Assembly (NCBI GenBank): GCA_023700825.1
Contig: JAMPYE010000002.1
Location: 1-42,267, forward strand
Reading direction: 5' to 3'
From: Thermoanaerobaculia bacterium
GTDB lineage: Bacteria; Acidobacteriota; Thermoanaerobaculia; Gp7-AA8
DNA: 42,267 nt
Below the pieces are notes generated by a model. The model was not told where the DNA came from. It did no database searches and saw nothing but the letters and a program-made list of their open reading frames with translations. Shown here one piece after another: positions 40,256 through 42,267 of the stretch. Numbering within the stretch: the stretch's first letter is position 1; the number at the start of each line of letters is the position of its first letter. The position numbers were made by a program, and so were the translations under genes.

Positions 40256-42267
40256 ATGGAAGGCTGCCTCGCTCTTCTCGCCCTGGCAATTTCGGCGGTG
40301 CTCATCGCACTGCCGGTGATCTCCCTGATCGGGAATCTCCAGCTTCGAAGCCGCATGAAAGTGCTCGAGCGCCAGCTCGACGAACTGCGGGAGAGCGTCG
40401 CGGCGCAGACGGCGCGCACCGCTCCCGGAACGACGCGCGTACCGGAGCCGGCGCCTCCGGCTTCGCCGGCTCCAGAGCCCGTGCCCCTGTCTGCGACGGT
40501 CACTCCCGAGGCGATGTCGGAATCTCCCGCGGCGATGGTCGCGACGCTCCCGCCGGAGCCGCCGTCTCCCGAGTCGCCACCCGAAGTACTGACGGCGATT
40601 GCGGAAGGCGCGCCCGACCTTCCGTCGCCGGAACTCGAGCTCGCAGCCGCCGCTCCGGCCCTGATTCCCATGACGCTTTCCGCAGAGCCGCTGCCTCCCG
40701 AACCCGCACCCGAGGTTCTGGCGGCGATCTCGGAAGGTGCGCCCGACCTCTTGCCGTCCGGGCCCGAACTCGATGCCGGGGCAGCGCCAACGAACGCGGA
40801 AGTGTCGCCTCCGTCGCCGCCGCTCGCGGCGCCGCCAAAGCAGGGCACCGACTGGGAGCGCTTCGTCGGCGTGAAGCTCTTCTCCTGGATCGCCGCGGTC
40901 GCGCTCGCGCTCGCCGCCGTCTTCTTCCTCAAGTACTCGGTTGATCACGGATGGCTCGGCCCGCCGGTGCGCATGCTGATCGGCCTTGCGGTCGGCGTCG
41001 GGCTGCTCGTCGTGTGCGAGCTGAAGGTTGCGGGCCGGTATCGCACGACTGCGAACGCGTTCGACGGCGCCGGCGTCGCGATTCTCTACGCGACACTCTT
41101 TGCAGCGCACGACCGCTGGCAGTTGATTCCGCAGAGCGCGGCGTTCGCGTTGATGGTCGCGGTGACGGCCGTCGCGGTCATCCTCTCGGTGCGCCGCGAC
41201 TCGGTCTTCATCGCGCTGCTGGGACTGCTCGGCGGCTTCTCGACGCCGGCGCTCCTGTCGACCGGGAGCGACAGGCCGTTCAGCCTCTTCGGATATCTCC
41301 TGCTGCTCAACGCCGGCATCGGCTGGGTGGCGTACCGGAAGCGCTGGCCGTTCCTCTCGCTGCTGACGCTCGTCTTCACGACGATCTACCAGTGGGTCTG
41401 GGTGGTGCGCTTCGTCGACGGAGCACGCGTCGGAGTTGCGGCCGCGGTCTTTCTCGTCTTCCCGATCGTCGCCGTGATCGCGCTCTGGCTCGCCGGGCGG
41501 CGTGACGGCGATCCGCCCGGAAAGCTGTTCGAAAAGACCGCGCAGATGAGCGCGGTGCTCCCGCTGGTCTTCGCGGTCTACGGCGCCGCGGTGGGCGGTT
41601 ACGCCGATCGCTTCGCGGTGCTCTTCGGGTTCCTTCTGTGTGTCGACATCGGGCTCGCGCTCATCGCGGCGTGGAAACGCGACGCGGAGGCGCTGCACCT
41701 CCTCGGCGCGATGACGACGGTGCTCGTCTTCGCGGTCTGGTCGGGCTTCTCGTACCGCGAGTTCGCGTGGCCGTCGATCGTCGCGTGGGTCGCCGCGTTC
41801 GTGCTGCTCTACCTGGCGGCGCCGGCGATCGTGCGGCTCGCGGGGCGGGACTACACCGCAGCGGGACGTCATGCGGTGCTCGCCGCGCCCGCGCTCCTCT
41901 TCATGTTCACGGTGCTCTCGGAGATCGAGCTGCGCACGGTCGATCCGAGACTGCTCTTCAGCGTGCTCTTCGCGCTCGCCGTAGCGCTCGCGTTCGGGGC
42001 TGCCCGTTACCGCTCCGGGAGGATCTGGCTCGTCGCGGGGTTCTTCGCCGTGACGGCACAGTTCTCGTGGTCGCTCGGGTATCTGGTTCCGAGCAACGTC
42101 GGCACGGCGCTCGTCGTGCACGGAGCGTTCGCGCTGCTCTTTCTCGCGGTGCCGGTCGCGGCGCGCGCGGCAGGGAATCCTCTCGCAGCCTCCCGTGCCG
42201 CGGCGATCGTGCCGGTTCTGCAGATCGTCATCATGGCGCTCGCGGCGCGCGGCCACGTCGCGCGGCA
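40256..42267 (+). CDS. DUF2339 family membrane protein; 3' end lies beyond the window edge
   Basis: Absent from the ORF track (no stop in window). My translation from ATG 40256 reads MEGCLALLALAISAVLIALPVISLIGNLQLRSRMKVLERQLDELRESV... This is followed by a Pro-rich linker, then WERFVGVKLFSWIAAVALALAAVFFLKYSVDHGWLGPPVRMLIGL and more than 12 TM helices. The antisense track ORF 40025..42256 is Arg/Glu-rich shadow. Confidence 0.8.
   Translation, partial: MEGCLALLALAISAVLIALPVISLIGNLQLRSRMKVLERQLDELRESVAAQTARTAPGTTRVPEPAPPASPAPEPVPLSATVTPEAMSESPAAMVATLPPEPPSPESPPEVLTAIAEGAPDLPSPELELAAAAPALIPMTLSAEPLPPEPAPEVLAAISEGAPDLLPSGPELDAGAAPTNAEVSPPSPPLAAPPKQGTDWERFVGVKLFSWIAAVALALAAVFFLKYSVDHGWLGPPVRMLIGLAVGVGLLVVCELKVAGRYRTTANAFDGAGVAILYATLFAAHDRWQLIPQSAAFALMVAVTAVAVILSVRRDSVFIALLGLLGGFSTPALLSTGSDRPFSLFGYLLLLNAGIGWVAYRKRWPFLSLLTLVFTTIYQWVWVVRFVDGARVGVAAAVFLVFPIVAVIALWLAGRRDGDPPGKLFEKTAQMSAVLPLVFAVYGAAVGGYADRFAVLFGFLLCVDIGLALIAAWKRDAEALHLLGAMTTVLVFAVWSGFSYREFAWPSIVAWVAAFVLLYLAAPAIVRLAGRDYTAAGRHAVLAAPALLFMFTVLSEIELRTVDPRLLFSVLFALAVALAFGAARYRSGRIWLVAGFFAVTAQFSWSLGYLVPSNVGTALVVHGAFALLFLAVPVAARAAGNPLAASRAAAIVPVLQIVIMALAARGHVAR

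Noticed and set aside
1-42267. Search for defence systems, prophage or mobile-element genes (integrase, transposase, restriction-modification, toxin-antitoxin, Cas, abortive-infection ATPases or nucleases) and for tRNA or rRNA genes
   Set aside because: None of the 40 supported products has such motifs, and no T-loop or anticodon-arm-like tRNA structure was seen. The window reads as core chromosome with envelope and secreted-enzyme accessory genes. The novelty candidates are therefore the recoded peroxiredoxin and the non-coding repeat family, not a protein-encoded system.

Overview
High-GC bacterial chromosomal window (roughly 68-70% GC by eye, not computed). The gene content (DUF3011, DUF2339, PadR, many secreted hydrolases) suggests an Acidobacteriota- or Gemmatimonadota-like organism, but that is inference only. 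I support 40 protein-coding genes. They are tightly packed, with many 1-4 nt start/stop overlaps, and are mostly housekeeping or envelope functions: purM-purN, fabH, hslO, mog, an RluA-type pseudouridine synthase, a DD-carboxypeptidase, M48 and S8 proteases, glycosyltransferases plus a Wzm/Wzt-type ABC exporter, and a GlxA/AraC regulator. The two window-edge genes (1..1532 minus, 40256..42267 plus) are missing from the ORF track because they have no stop inside the window. Many long track ORFs are Arg/Ala/Pro-rich shadow frames typical of high-GC DNA. I see no rRNA, tRNA, CRISPR array, transposase, integrase or recognisable defence system.

Observations most worth a second look:
1. A peroxiredoxin whose peroxidatic Cys codon is an in-frame TGA, so it is a probable selenoprotein that the track splits into two ORFs. 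It sits next to a GrdB-family gene and divergent from hslO.
2. A modular, dispersed family of AT-rich intergenic elements with 7-nt periodicity (units GAATGAA, AGAAGTT, GCAGAAY, GTTGTTA, GGCGARA). They are arranged as long inverted arms at eight or nine loci, all within the first 16 kb. I cannot assign them to any repeat family I know.
3. A 121-nt inverted-repeat element (7667-7787) whose two arm differences are compensatory within local hairpins.
4. Smaller oddities: a Tat-signal mini-protein coupled to a signal-less amidase; an Asp/Glu-racemase-family protein lacking both catalytic Cys; an orphan Hpt protein inside a metabolic operon; a GT2 enzyme with a long coiled-coil tail; and a five-repeat DUF3011 protein.

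All family calls are from motif recognition by eye. No database search was run.
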